From: Tubulanus polymorphus
Taxonomy: Eukaryota; Animalia; Nemertea
Direction of reading: 5' to 3'
Length of the DNA: 64,000 nt
Assembly: GCF_964204645.1 (NCBI RefSeq)
Contig: NC_134029.1
Location: 19,958,950 to 20,022,949 of the forward strand
Shown here one piece after another: positions 1 to 12,600 of the stretch; the stretch's first letter is position 1, and the number at the start of each line of letters is the position of its first letter. The notes under the pieces are model-generated. The model saw nothing but the letters and a program-made list of their open reading frames with translations. It was not told the DNA's origin and did not search any database. The translations under genes and the position numbers were made by a program.

Positions 1-510
1 CGAAAAACTGAATAGAAAGGTAGTACATAACGTGTCTACAGAAGCCATCTTATTCATGACGAACTCAAAATCAAAATGAAAAAATTTGATGCCAAAAAAA
101 AATTATCATTTTTTGTCTAAATCGAGGACAGGCCTTAGAACACTTGATCAATTTCTTACTTATCACATCCAAATCAAATCATCTACCTTTTCTACGGTGG
201 AAGCTCTTCAGATGTAATTCATCGCCCTCTGATCCTGGATAATCCAAAAGAGCTCACCAGTGCCTTTGAACTTTATCACCAGTGTAACAGGCGCTCTATA
301 AATGACACTTTTGATTGACTGATTGATATAATATGTGTTGGTTATTATGAACCTAGAATTTCATCCCAAATAGGATGATTACGTAATTTCATACTGGATA
401 TAACAAACTCTCAGTTATAACGAACATATTTTCTCATCCCCTGAACTTATCGTAATGAGGTTCGATTGTATTCAAATTCTTATTTGTTTCTTGTGTCGTC
501 GTTTCCGCAG

Positions 511-3454
511 GTGAGCATGTACTGCCAGAGTTTCAAGGCGTTCATGAAGGACTACAACGCCCTCTTGTGTCGAATCCAGCGACGCCACGGAATTGAACGC
601 CCGAAGACGCCGTTCAGCATCGAAGAAGTCACCGAGTTCATCGATATGAAAAAACGTAAGCATTTCAAAAATCAACGTCGTCATCGCATTCGGAGCGGAA
701 AAATTTCAATATTCAGATACATTCTGCAGAATTGGGTGCTAGAATTTAGAAACTAATGAAATCCACCACATAGTGACTTTTAACCCTGAAGCTGTGTCCT
801 GTAAGGATCATAATAAAAACATAATTAAACCTGTTTCTATATACCGGTATGCTCCTTTTTAAATCAACACAAAGATGACTTTTCTATCTGTTTCGGGCTT
901 GAACTAAGACAACTAAGCAATGAACCAAGGCCTTATGATGATAGATTTACTCATATCTATAAGATGTATCCAGAAAACAATGTATTTTTGGATGTATGTA
1001 CGACCGTAAATTTTCAAATCTGTCCTATATAATTAATAGCACATCCCGAAGCCTTAAGGCTGTACCATGAAAGGGAGGCAGCCCTGCCATGTTGAATCTA
1101 GGGTCATGTATTTTCTAGTCGGCATAAAATAGAGTTTGTACAGATCAGGGAAACAGAGAATCTAGGAATTCTACTCATGCTCTCATTTTAACGAAATGAA
1201 TTGGAATTTTACTGATGATATTTGTAGGTTATGAGAGCACGTTTGACAAACGGTCGTTCGGCGGAGAATTAGACGAACACGAGTTGCCTTTCTATTTCAA
1301 TGAATGTGATTTGTATCCCGCTCCTGCTGAAGTTGATGATGCTATTGATATGGTCTTCAAAGGTACAAACATATGTTATGAAATGAGTCCCGTATATTTT
1401 ATTATGGGGGCAACATAGAGACGTGTTTTTTTGTAGCATTAGCAATTCATTTCAATCAGATAAAGGTATTTGCACTTATATGTAACACTTTCATGTGCAG
1501 TCTTATTTTCTGGACGTCTCAAACTCTGAAATATTACTTCTTCAAATTTTCGAGGCGCCCAAAAAATATTCTTTACTTCATTTTGTAATGTCCAGCTTCG
1601 TCAGGTATACCTTTATAATTTGAAAAGTGCTGCTACAGTAGAACTCGCTTAATTCAGATTTTTCAATCCAGATTATCTCTTAATTCGGATGAAATGTTTG
1701 GTCCATTTAACCTGGAACCACGTATACTATTATTCATGATTCGGATTTTAATTAATTCGAATCAATGTTATAACTTGTGTTTATGTATTCTGTTGTATTG
1801 TAGGAAAGAAGCGCGCAAAGCAGGGAAGCTTCACGAAAAAAGAAGTCATAGAAATAACGTTCCAAATCTACATACCTAAAGCTTGTTGTTTGCCTGATGT
1901 ACGAAGGTCGACTTGGATGAATCCGATCATTGACGGTCAAGAGGCATTGAAATTATTAGGTACCAGTAATTGGATTGTGCAGAATATTTTAGGCCTTTTT
2001 ATGAACCAGCAAAATCGAAATAGATTAGCTATTTAGATTATATAGCCGATTAGTGTCAATTAGCATAACCGGGTATGTTGGTTGATAAAAACGCCAGGTA
2101 GAAATTATTCAATTATGGCCTACTCAGTAGCGACTTCTACCGAGAACACCATATCGGTTGGATTAGATAATCGGCATACTTGCTCGCCGAGCGAGTATGC
2201 TGAGTATGCTAATCGATTATGATAACCAATGTTCATAAAAATGACGGATTATGACATAATCCATGCTCATAAAAACGTTTTGCATACTCGGATATACTAA
2301 TCGAGTGTTCATAAAAAGGCCTTTTGTATACGCTGTAGACTCTGCGCAAGTCGGACCGTTTGGGACCGTAAGAATGTGTCCAAATCGAGTTATATCCGAG
2401 TAGGATGTTATGTATTTGATAAATAGTGTCACAAAAAAATATTTCGACATACATCCAAGTTGAACTGTTCCGACTTGAGCAGAGTCTAGTGTATAATATA
2501 ATGGGTGATTTTAAAGTAGGTGTTAACACTGAGTGTTAACACTAACACTAACAACCCAGTTAACATCAGAAATAAACTGCCCACTTGGTGTTGGTGTTAA
2601 CAACGAATGTTAGTGTGATCAACGGTGTTAGTGTTCCAGGTAGTGTTTGTGTTACAATAACACTGACCTTAATATCAAGGCAGTGTTATCTTGGTGAAAA
2701 TTTCAATGGGTTTTCAATTGCAACTAACACTAACCTCTAGGCGTTAACACCAACGTCAGTTTATGGCTCTAACAAAGTGTTAGCAGCCATTTTCTTCTGA
2801 AATTTTGCTAAGTGAAACAAAATGATCGAAACAAGCCTAGATTGGTGAAATAAGATTTTTATTTACCTTCTGCCACTGATGATATTAATCCCTCCTTGAT
2901 GATAAAATCAGGCTGATCTTGACACTAACAACGGTGTTAACATCAGTGTTAACGCCAACACCAGTGTTAGTGTTAACACAACACCGGTTGTTAAGGGGTA
3001 GATATTAACACTAACACTAACACTAACAACCAACACTAACACCAACACCGACTTTAAAATCACCCAATGCCTGAATCACTCGCAAGTTACCATAAACCTT
3101 TCTGATCGAACCATTTGGTTCTTGAGTCATTTGCGAGTTACCATAATTCTTTCTGATTGAATCATTTTCTTCTTGATTCATTTGTAAGTTACCATTAACC
3201 TTTCCGATCGAATCATGTGGTCCTTGATTTGTTTGCAATTTTTAATATTAAGAAATTACATGTACCTGGTAGGTTGATGATCTTTTTTCAAAACTCCGAT
3301 CTCAAAACATTGTCGTAATTTTGCAGGCTCCGAGTCGGTTGAACCGGCTCCGTTACGCGTTTGCGCCGAACTCGTCGCGGCTTCGATGAAAGAACGAAAG
3401 TTGGCCGAAGAGCAGAGATTGAGAGACGAACGTCGTCAAATTGAGAACAGCTAG
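511..3454 (+). CDS. 3' four coding exons of an unidentified protein (5' part outside window); possibly EF-hand-like
   Basis: Exons 511-655, 1228-1362, 1804-1959, 3327-3454 have AG/GT boundaries with consistent phase-1 joins, giving VSMYCQSFKAFMKDY...FIDMKKRYESTFDKRSFGGELDEHELPFYFNECDLYPAPAEVDDAIDMVFKGKKRAKQGSFTKKEVIEITFQIY...QIENS*. Family not recognised; the EF-hand-like resemblance is weak inference. Confidence 0.7.
1635..1760. mobile_element. pogo/Tigger-like MITE fragment (TA-CAGTAGAACTCGCTTAATTC terminus)
   Basis: Related sequence in inverted orientation at ~38880-39050 and ~43860-43998; sister family TACAGTAAACCTCG at ~44544-44710 and ~60082-60257. CAGTA termini next to TA are typical of pogo-type elements. 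Confidence 0.5.
2503..3065. mobile_element. MITE with 22-bp TIR and AAT target duplication (PIF/Harbinger-like)
   Basis: Left GGGTGATTTTAAAGTAGGTGTT, right AACACCGACTTTAAAATCACCC (1 mismatch); AAT on both flanks (2500-2502, 3066-3068); internal (AACACT)n-like repeats. Confidence 0.75.
3072..3238. repeat. 51-bp tandem repeat, ~3 copies
   Basis: Unit TGA(A/G/T)TCA..GCAAGTTACCAT..CCTTTCTGATCGAA.CAT restarts at 3072, 3123, 3174, 3225. Confidence 0.75.
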
Positions 3455-5069
3455 AATCTTTCGATTGAATATCTGCATTCATGTTTTAGTTGGAAAGCCG
3501 TATGAGTTATTATATAGGGGTCATTCATTTATTACCAACACATTAAGGGAGGGGTAAGTGCAGTTGCGTACTCTGATGCTTAATGTATATGAAAAAATGG
3601 TCAATTTTGCGTACATGGGGCAGGGGTTGAAAAATCCAAATTTTATGCGTACGTAAGAAATGAATTATCCCATATGTACACGTAGGCCTATAGAGATCCT
3701 TATATTCCAGGTCGAGTGCCTCATTTGCATAGAATATCTCAACAATCTATTTATTCACGAAAAGGAAAATTATATTAGAGGCGAGAGGATCGAATGAGTA
3801 CTGGTCTGTCTTTCCTGATTTCCTCTCTATTTGAGTTGCTTTAAATCGAAGGTATATTTACTTGGCAAGTCATCCATCCATTATTAGATGATATCTTGTA
3901 TGGACATTTTAATGCTTAAAATTTAAACTACGTACAGGGTGATAGGAGTAAAATTGGATGAAATTTACGTAGTTTGCTAATGAAGTTTGTCATATTTCAT
4001 TTATTTCTTCATGAAAGTACCTATATATTTTTGTGCGTAATGATAATTGAAATAGCTGTGATATGTGTATATTTATTATTTACCAATGTATTGAATTCTG
4101 ATCCGTCCATTAAACTTTACATAAATCAGAAATTGTTTAAAGATCGTTACTGGTATTTTTTTAAAATTCATCTGTTATATTTTACACTAATCTGTATTTT
4201 TCATGTCATCCACAAAAGGAAACAATTGTGTATGAATTCAATGTAGGTGTGTTCTTAGGCTGCCACTCAATAGCTGCTTACACAGTAGGTTTAGTTCTGA
4301 AAACAAAAGATGAATTCATCTTTAAGATTTGAGGCATTTCGTTTCTTTTGAATTTCTGTGATTGAATTGTTAATTGACTTCTTACTTAACCTGCTTTATT
4401 GTGGCGACTAATTTTAAGATTTTTCACATAAGATTTTTAGGCTATTTTGGAAATTTGGTATAAATTGCCATTCTTGATTGTGCTGTTTGTCGTGTATAGC
4501 ATTTACACTGTTAAGTTTGTAGATATAGCTGAATGCCTGTAGTGCATTAATAAAGATGAACCGTTTGAGAAAAATTTCAAGTTTTTTATCTGGGATTTCA
4601 CTCTGTCGGTAACCATATCAAGAGAGATCTGTATACAACCTCTGAATATCCATGGACGACGAAATGGAATATAAAAGCCGCACAAAAGTTAATGTAGCCT
4701 TAGGAGATTTATGTGAGATTTAAGCTCCAGGAATTATGAAAATAAAAAATGTATATCTCCCTGAGCATTTACAAGAGCAGCAATACTTTGCCACTGTATG
4801 TTTAGAGCTTTTTTAAGCCAATAAACAGGAGTAGTTACTAATATTCCAAAATAAATGGTAACATTTTTACGTCGTCAAAAAAAATGTAATGGGAAAAGCG
4901 AGTCGATGACCCGGCGCCAGCCCGCTATTCGAAAATTGATTATTCTAATTATTCCACCGGCAGCTAGCGCCACCACAACCAGGAAACAAATCTACTTATT
5001 TGGAAAAAATAAAAAACCGCTGTAAACAATCGCTGTTTTTTGCTAGAAATCAATAGATGATCGGTAAAA

Positions 5070-6656
5070 ATGTCGAAATTATGGCAGTGCATAGTCGGTC
5101 CGGCATTATACAGAATTCACGCGGTTCGTGGCACCCAAACTGAAGGCCGTGATTACTCTCCGAACGCTATGGAAAACGGAGGGGACCAGTTCGTTCGCTG
5201 GATTCGTCTGTGTTACACGATCTCCTGTTGGACTTCGCCGTTCCTGTTAACATTCCTGTACCGAAGATCCTACTTCACTCCGGAAGGCGCCGTCAGTTTG
5301 TTCGAACTTTTCGGCACGATCGTCATTTTTTTCTACGGCTCAAAAGCCGTACGCGGCTGGGGACGACTCCGCAATCGGGAATACCGCGCGTTTTTGGCGA
5401 CGCTGGAAAACGCGCGCGAAAATTACGCGAAGCCCGACCGTAAACGTGCGTTGCGCGAGTACGATTTCGAATTCTTCGCGTGGCCGGCCGATTTCCGCTG
5501 GAGCGACGTCCGCGACGACGTCGACAAACCGAAAATCGAACTTCCGCGATCGACATCTCGCTCGGCGTCGACGATTAGAACTTTACCGTGTCAGGTGATA
5601 AGTTACGTTATGGCGCATACGTTCGGTCGTCGGATGGTCTACCCGGGAACGACCGGGCTCGTATCGGCGTTGATGAGCTCCATGTTGCTCGAAGGTCGCG
5701 GTAAACTAATTGAAGAATATCGCGGCGATCGCGCGAAACTAATCGCGCGCGACGCGAACGAAATCGACACGATGTTCGTCGACCGTCGAGCGAACGGCGA
5801 CGAAAACGGCCGTACGCTCGTGATCACGTGCGAGGGTAACAGCGGGTTTTACGAGGTCGGGTGTATGGTGACGCCGTTAGACGCTGGGTATTCGGTGCTC
5901 GGTTGGAACCATCCCGGTTTCGGCGGTAGCAGCGGCGTTCCGTTTCCCGATCAGGAACAAAACGCTATCGACGTCGTCGTGCAATACGCGATTCATAAAC
6001 TCGGTTTCGAAGTCGCGGATATCGTTATTTTCGCGTGGTCGATCGGCGGGTATACGGCTAGTTGGGCGGGTATGAACTATCCCGGTTTGAAATATATAAT
6101 TCTAGACGCTACGTTCGACGATTTGTTGCCGTTGGCGGTGGCGCGTATGCCGCAGAGCTGGGGTTCGCTGGTCGCGCGCACGATACGAACGTACATGAAT
6201 CTGAACGTCGCCGAGCAGTTAATCCGTTACCCGGGACCGGTGTCGCTCGTGCGTCGATCTCGCGACGAAATGATCACGACCGTCGCCGACGAAGTTCCCG
6301 ACCCGGCGACGAATCGCGGCAACGATTTACTGACGAAGCTGCTGCGGCACCGTTACCCGTGTTTACTGTGCGACGACACGGCGCCGGCGCTCGCGCAATG
6401 GCTGACCGGCGGGGCTCACGCGCGCGCGCAACTTCTCGCCGAATATCCCGTCGACGACGACGTCTGCGCGTCGACGTTCGCGTCGTACGTCGACGAGAAC
6501 GGTCGCGCGTTTCCGACGCGCGTCGGCGAGGATTTCGATGTCGATACGAAAACGAAGTTCGTATTGTTTTTGGCGTCGAAATATATGCAAGATTTTGAGA
6601 GCACGCATTGTACGCCGCTGCCCGTGCGGTTCTTTCGCGAGCCGTGGAACGTATGA
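5070..6656 (+). CDS. ABHD16A: Phosphatidylserine lipase ABHD16A (BAT5), single exon, 528 aa
   Basis: Uninterrupted ORF with characteristic ABHD16A segments: GPALYRIH, AHTFGRRMVYPG, NEIDTMFVDRR, LVITCEGNSGFYEVG, GWNHPGFGGSSGVPFP, nucleophile AWSIGG, RRSRDEMI, C-terminal STHCTPLP. Confidence 0.93.
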   Translation: MSKLWQCIVGPALYRIHAVRGTQTEGRDYSPNAMENGGDQFVRWIRLCYTISCWTSPFLLTFLYRRSYFTPEGAVSLFELFGTIVIFFYGSKAVRGWGRLRNREYRAFLATLENARENYAKPDRKRALREYDFEFFAWPADFRWSDVRDDVDKPKIELPRSTSRSASTIRTLPCQVISYVMAHTFGRRMVYPGTTGLVSALMSSMLLEGRGKLIEEYRGDRAKLIARDANEIDTMFVDRRANGDENGRTLVITCEGNSGFYEVGCMVTPLDAGYSVLGWNHPGFGGSSGVPFPDQEQNAIDVVVQYAIHKLGFEVADIVIFAWSIGGYTASWAGMNYPGLKYIILDATFDDLLPLAVARMPQSWGSLVARTIRTYMNLNVAEQLIRYPGPVSLVRRSRDEMITTVADEVPDPATNRGNDLLTKLLRHRYPCLLCDDTAPALAQWLTGGAHARAQLLAEYPVDDDVCASTFASYVDENGRAFPTRVGEDFDVDTKTKFVLFLASKYMQDFESTHCTPLPVRFFREPWNV

Positions 6657-8163
6657 AAACCGTGGCGTTAATAGTTTGAATAAGAATATATCGTAATGTA
6701 GTATATTAGTACTCTCTCGGACAGTCTTTGAATTGAAATGCAAAACGTGTTGTGATAATATTTAAAAAAGTCAAACGAAACGCGATGTTGTGATTGAATG
6801 TTATGTTGTATTCAATACCGATAAATCTCACGTTTACCAAGCGGGGACAAAGTGCCCTTCTCGAGGAAAGGCGGATAGAATTCAAAACAAATGCAGACTC
6901 GTATCCTAAGTCGCAAACGTAACGTCGCTATATTTTCGTGCTTATCCGACGAGTTCTTGGGGTGGGGGGTTTAGGGCGTGTACCTTTCTTAGAACAGATA
7001 AGCATCGAAATATAGTGGTGTTACCTATGTGACTCCATTCCTCTTCATACATCATTCAGAATTCGGATGAAATTGCGCAGGTGCTCTAGTTGAGACAACT
7101 ACAATCGCTTGATGGCGAATTTTTTAAATCGCTGATAATGATAGAAAATTATTGAGTTGACAATGATTAGTTTTATTTTATTACGGATTTATTGATGTTT
7201 CTAATTAATGTTTTTCTGGTTTGTACATTTTTTTTTTGTTGGATGTGCTAGATTTTTGCGTGGTGAAAGTGCTTCTCTTCACCGAGTCATTTGATTTGAT
7301 TTTTTTTTGCGGTAGGCCCACCGGCGCTCATTTTCTGACTCGTATATATCCGGGCACCAGGTATTATTAACTGAGCCCGGGTAGTTTGGTAGTCTAATAA
7401 CTTTTCATGCTTTTGAATATGTATTAGCTTGTACCATGTGTGGTATAATGTAAAATCTGCTTGTGAAAGTAAACGCATATACCGGTACTGACTAGGCATG
7501 AAGAGTAGGCTAATTAAAATGAAATATTTGAAAATTTCCCTTGTGATAAGTTATGAGCTGTCGAACTGTCAATGCCCAGATTTAGATGCTTCTAATTGTA
7601 TGTGGCTTAAGAATTGTAGCTGTGATTTTCATGATTAGGAGGTTTATGGCCATGTAACTGGTTTTAGTTATGGGATGTATGAAATACATAATAAGGTTTC
7701 TACGCGAACCCAGTTATTATTTTTCTCTAATAAATGAACTGTATGTTTTTCTGTTGTAAAGATGAGACTGAGTTGAAAATGTGACTAATAAAGATATCTT
7801 GAATTTAAGGTTGTTTGTTCAGGTCTGGATTATTGAAGGTGACTGCGTGTAGGTTCAATTTTTTCCTAGATTTACGGGGCAAACTGGCCAATCCTGTTCA
7901 AAAATATGACTATGTGTGCCCTCAAAAAATTATGGAAAAGTATTTTCAAAGAAATGTTGAAGACAAAAAAAATCAAAACGGGCCCTTATAAGGCCCAGAA
8001 AGGTGGGAGGGGCACCAGAATCCCACCAATGTTCACGCAGCCCTCGCATTGCCAAATCTACCCTTTTCAAATTAAGTGCCCGCAATTCCAATTTTCAGGC
8101 AAAATTTACTGGCATTCATTATTTCAAGAAAATTGAAATTCATACGATAAATGAAGGTTATAG

Positions 8164-8418
8164 TGGTGGCTGATTCAGGCCATGTAAAAAAAATCACGAA
8201 TGGTGCAAATTCTTTTTTACAGGCACCTTAAAGTCGTTTTAACGCGCAATGAAACGAAAATTTCCCCGTGAAAACGAGAAATTACCGTGATAAAAGGACA
8301 AACAGTTTTATTGCGCGATAAAACGAAAGAAGAAGTTCGTTTTATCGCGCGATAACGACTTTGAGGCGTCTGTAAAAAAAGATTTCCTCCATTTGTGAAT
8401 GGCCCGAATCGGCCACCA
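8164..8418. mobile_element. MITE with 20-bp TIR TGGTGGC(T/C)GATTC(A/G)GGCCAT
   Basis: 8164-8183 TGGTGGCTGATTCAGGCCAT vs 8399-8418 ATGGCCCGAATCGGCCACCA; internal TTTTATCGCGCGATAAAAC-like repeats. Confidence 0.7.
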
Positions 8419-8673
8419 TAGCCACCCTACATACTTACGTGTGTGGAATTAGTGTGTCCGCGGGAACTCATTCTGATTCACATTAGCAGGAGTATTTACA
8501 GCCATTTTTTCAGTTACTCCGGCGGCGCAGAGTCGCGGTCTTCGAATTGAAACCACTTCACATTTTTACGCTTTTCGGGCCAGCAGTACGGAATTCTCTC
8601 GGCAGCTTTACCCACCAAAGGCGGCCCCAAATAACGCAGCCGCGGCCCCTCTGATGTAAAATGTAAAGGTTAT

Positions 8674-9212
8674 TATGGTGGCTGATTCGGGCCATGTAAA
8701 AAAAACACAAATGGTGCAAAAAAAAACAAAAATTACCACGTTAAAACGAGAAGTTACCGCGATAGAACGGGATTTTTTCGTTTTATCGCGCGATAAAAAA
8801 AACTTTTTTATTGCCACGTTGAAACGAAAAATAGCACGATACAACGAAAATTACCACGTTAAAACGAGAAAAAGTCGTTTAATCGCGCGCTAAAACGAAG
8901 TTATTCGTTTTATTCCTACGTTAAAACGGAAAATAGCGCGATAAAACGGGAAAATTTACGCAATGAAATGATTCTTTTTCGACTTTTTCTCTTTCTATTG
9001 CGGTAATTTTCGTTTAATCGCGCCATTTTTCGTTTTATCGCGCAATAAAACGACTTTTTCTCGTTTTAAGGTGGTAATTTTCCTTTTATCGCGCTATTTT
9101 TTGTTTTAACGTGGCGATAAAAAGAAAAAGTTCGTTTTATCGCGCGATGAAACGACTTTTTTTCTTTTTATTGCGCTTTCGTTTTAACGTGGCAATAAAA
9201 CGGAAAAGTTCG
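8674..9212. mobile_element. Second, expanded and right-truncated copy of the same MITE family
   Basis: Begins TATGGTGGCTGATTCGGGCCATGTAAAAAAA like 8164; filled with ~21-bp ATCGCGCGATAAAACG / CCACGTTAAAACG units in both orientations; no right TIR seen. Confidence 0.6.
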
Positions 9213-9237
9213 AATAGCGCGCCAAATCCCGGTCGTA

Positions 9238-9565
9238 CGGAAGCCCCTAAGTGACATACGAGATAATTTTTTCACAATTATCACTTATAAAGTCGAATTT
9301 CGACTTACTACGTCGAATTTCAACTAATTATGCCGAAATTCGACTAAGTAAGTCGAATTTCGAGTTAATTTACTCGAATTTATAGTTAATTAATTCGAAT
9401 TTCGAGTTAATTATGTCGAAATTCGAGTTATTTTTATGTTGAAATTCGAGTTATTGTGTTTAATTTCGACTTATTAAGTCGAAATTTGACTTAATAAGTC
9501 GAATTTCGATATAATAAGTCGAAATTGTGAAAAAAATTATCTCGTATGTCACCTACGGGCTTCCG
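9238..9565. mobile_element. MITE with ~43-bp TIR (CGGAAGCCC.TA.GTGACATACGAGATAATTTTTTCACAATT), TA flanks, internal ~20-bp palindromic tandem units
   Basis: TIRs read directly at both ends; TA at 9236-9237 and 9566-9567; internal TAAGTCGAATTTCGACTTA-like array. Confidence 0.8.
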
Positions 9566-9576
9566 TACGACCGCGA

Positions 9577-9586
9577 TTTGGCGCGA
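9577..9586 (+). promoter_or_regulatory. E2F site (TTTGGCGCGA) ~100 bp upstream of RRM1 ATG; inverted partner at 9217-9227
   Basis: Matches E2F consensus TTTSSCGC; RRM1 is an established E2F target in animals. Confidence 0.6.
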
Positions 9587-9682
9587 GACTCAGGCTAATT
9601 CACAAAAGCGAGCGGTATCCCTCACTCCCAACTTTAGTATCTACTCTTTCATTCAGAATATCAACTATACCATTCTAACAGC

Positions 9683-12600
9683 ATGCATGTGATAAAACGT
9701 GGTAAGTAAAGTTCTTAGAACTGAATGGTGACAGAAATTGTGGTAGAGGAAAGTTTTGTAACTTATTGACCAAACTTGTGTTGTTCGATCGTTTTTGAAA
9801 ATGAAATGAAAAACCAAAAAACTTGAGTGAGTCTCTCTATATATCTAAGCAAGGAACTTTTACGAAATTGAATCTGATTTGGTTTAGCTAAATCCGAAAC
9901 GATGTCGGAAAATGAAAGGATTAGTAAATCGAAGCGTTTTTCGAGTCGAATCAATAAATTAATTCAAAAAAGGTCGCGATTTGAAACAAAATGGGCGTCA
10001 ATAATGGTGACCGAATTAATGATTGATGATGGTCTGTGATAGATGTCTTAAGCCTGCGGTCGCAGAGGACGCCACGTTGGATTAAGCTGACTAAATCGCC
10101 ACTAACTTGCTCACCAAGCAAGTTAGTCAATTTAATGAATCAATTTACAAACAGTTTCCATAAACGCTTTGATTTACCATATTGGATTCACTAAACCGCG
10201 TGCCACAAACGTGAAACTTAAATTGATTTACAAAGATTCACTTTCGTAAAAGCGCCTTCTGACTCAGATACCGAGTGAGAAGCTGGCATACTTTGCAGCT
10301 CTTTCCTCTGGATGCAGTTGTTCTTCATACTGAATTATCCATCTTACCTGAAAGGACCTATTTTCTTGTTTCAGATGGCCGTAAGGAAAATGTGCATTTT
10401 GACAAAATTAGTTCCCGTGTATCCAAGTTATGCTACCACCTCGATAAGACATTTGTCGATCCCGTAAGTTTGAAATCGTACTCTTACTTCTTCGTTCAGA
10501 GTCTGGAAAAGTATCTGGAAAATAAAAGAAGCGGCTTTTTCGAGGGGTAGAAAGTTAGGGTTAGGTAACCGTATGCATTATAAGATACAGCAGCGGTACC
10601 AGTGTAGAATCCACAAGTGAAATAAGCTTACCAGCACTGTAGGCTATGCAGGCCTGGTTAGATAATCGAGTTGGAATATTTGATTCAGCAAAAAATCTGT
10701 TCTTCATACGGACCGCTCAATCGACAGTGTGTTTTTTTTTTCTCGGACAGGTCGAAGTGGCAAAGCGCGTTATCATCGGGCTGTATTCCGGCGTGACGAC
10801 GGTAGAATTAGACAATTTAGCAGCTGAGACGTCGGCGACGATGACCGTGAAACATCCCGATTACGCAACACTCGCCGCGAGAATAGTCGTCTCGAATTTA
10901 CACAAAGAAACAAAGAAAGTCTTCAGCGGTATGCTGCGACCGACGTTTCCAAAATTTGAATCATGTTCTGATTTTAAAAACTTCTCGGCAGTTTTAGGCC
11001 CTACTGTAATCAAAACCACTGACTAGAAACTAGACTTAAGGCCAAAAAAAATATTCAGCGTCTGGTCAGGGCCTTCTGCACAAAATGATGCGGTGACGCG
11101 TTTTTTTTTATGCCACCAGCTCAACTTCAGTTGAGAGGGGCATATAGATTTACCCGCGTCTGAATACGCCGCCGTAAGTGAGGTTAGCATCTTAGAGGCC
11201 GCAATCGTTGACTGATTCAAATTATGGCCATCAGGGGAAAATAGCCTAGAGGCTGCAACTGAGTGTGATGGATTGGTCGACAGAAACAAGTCTGAACGGA
11301 CGTAGTAGCCGGCTCTTTCAAAATTGATATCGATATCAACATGCTTTTGTGTATTAAAACTGGTTTTCAATCACAATCAAACAATAGCAATGAATTGGAC
11401 TAAACTTCCGCGTTTGACGACATCGGCGACTAGATGGCGCTTGTACACGGTGGGCGAATTTTGCAGCCAATTTTTAAAAAAAGCTGGCATGGGGGTTCTA
11501 GATCATCGCGCGCGCTGACCAGAAACAGAATATATTTTTTTGGCCTAGGCTAGAAAATTTAACCATTGATGCTGACAATAAGCTCAAACATCAGGCTTGG
11601 TTTTGGTCATCCATCTTTTTGAAAGCACTACTGATTTTTGGGGGGTTTTTTTTGTTCATAATTTCAGAGGTCATGGATGATTTGTACAATTGGGTGAATC
11701 CTAAAACCAATAAACATTCGCCGATGATTTCGAAAAAATTGCACGATCTAGTCGTGGCCAACGCTGATGTGAGTATAGACGGGTTCATAGGCTTCCTTGA
11801 ATGAAAGCCCTGAAATGGGACTGGAATGTGCTTTAAAATCCTTAGATCATTGTCACGGTCCTTGAATGGCGTCGCCTCACCACGCGATGACAATTTGAAG
11901 CTTTTGGTCGCATATCATCTATGGTGTGTACGCTTCTAATCACATCGAAAAATCATCGATTACTCAGGGGAATTATAAACGGGGGCGCGAGTGGCCACTG
12001 CAAGTGACTGATGTTAGATTGGCTATGAGACCTAGAGTCGTAGTTCTTTCTACGATTTAAACACAATCTTCAGAGGTCAGCTTTAGTCATCATCGCTGGT
12101 GGGTTGAAAATGTTTTCAGCAAAATTCCTCGGCCTTAGAAAAAACACTTAGAAACGTTTGCTATTTTGAAATGACACTTCGACATGAAGATATTTGTTCA
12201 CCCCGCAACACGCGTGGAGATAAGATTGTTTTACCGATATAGAATATCTGTTTGTTTTTCACGAAGGTTAACTGTTTCATGTTGTTTTCAGAGATTAAAC
12301 TCGGTTGTTATTTACGATCGCGATTTCAACTACAATTACTTCGGGTTCAAGGTATGTAAACAACATTGTTAGTCGTGATATTTCTGATGTTTGCCTGCTG
12401 ATGAAAAATGATAATAATAAAAATTTGAATTGATAATCTATGAAAGAAAATACGTGTAGAATTCATAAAAAGCGAGATCATGCAATTTAAAAAAAAATGC
12501 CAAATGCAGTTGCATTGATAGGATTGTTTATTCGTATATTAATACATGTATATTGTAATTGAATTTTGTAGACTTTGGAGCGGTCATATCTATTGAAGAT

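Noticed and set aside
5210-6743. Several overlapping ORFs (e.g. 6062-6598 +, 6363-6743 -)
   Set aside because: Alternative-frame shadows of the GC/CpG-rich ABHD16A CDS; Arg-rich, no motifs.
8675-9560. Short regularly spaced palindromic repeats resembling a CRISPR array
   Set aside because: No unique spacers, eukaryotic context, no cas genes; they are MITE-internal tandem units.
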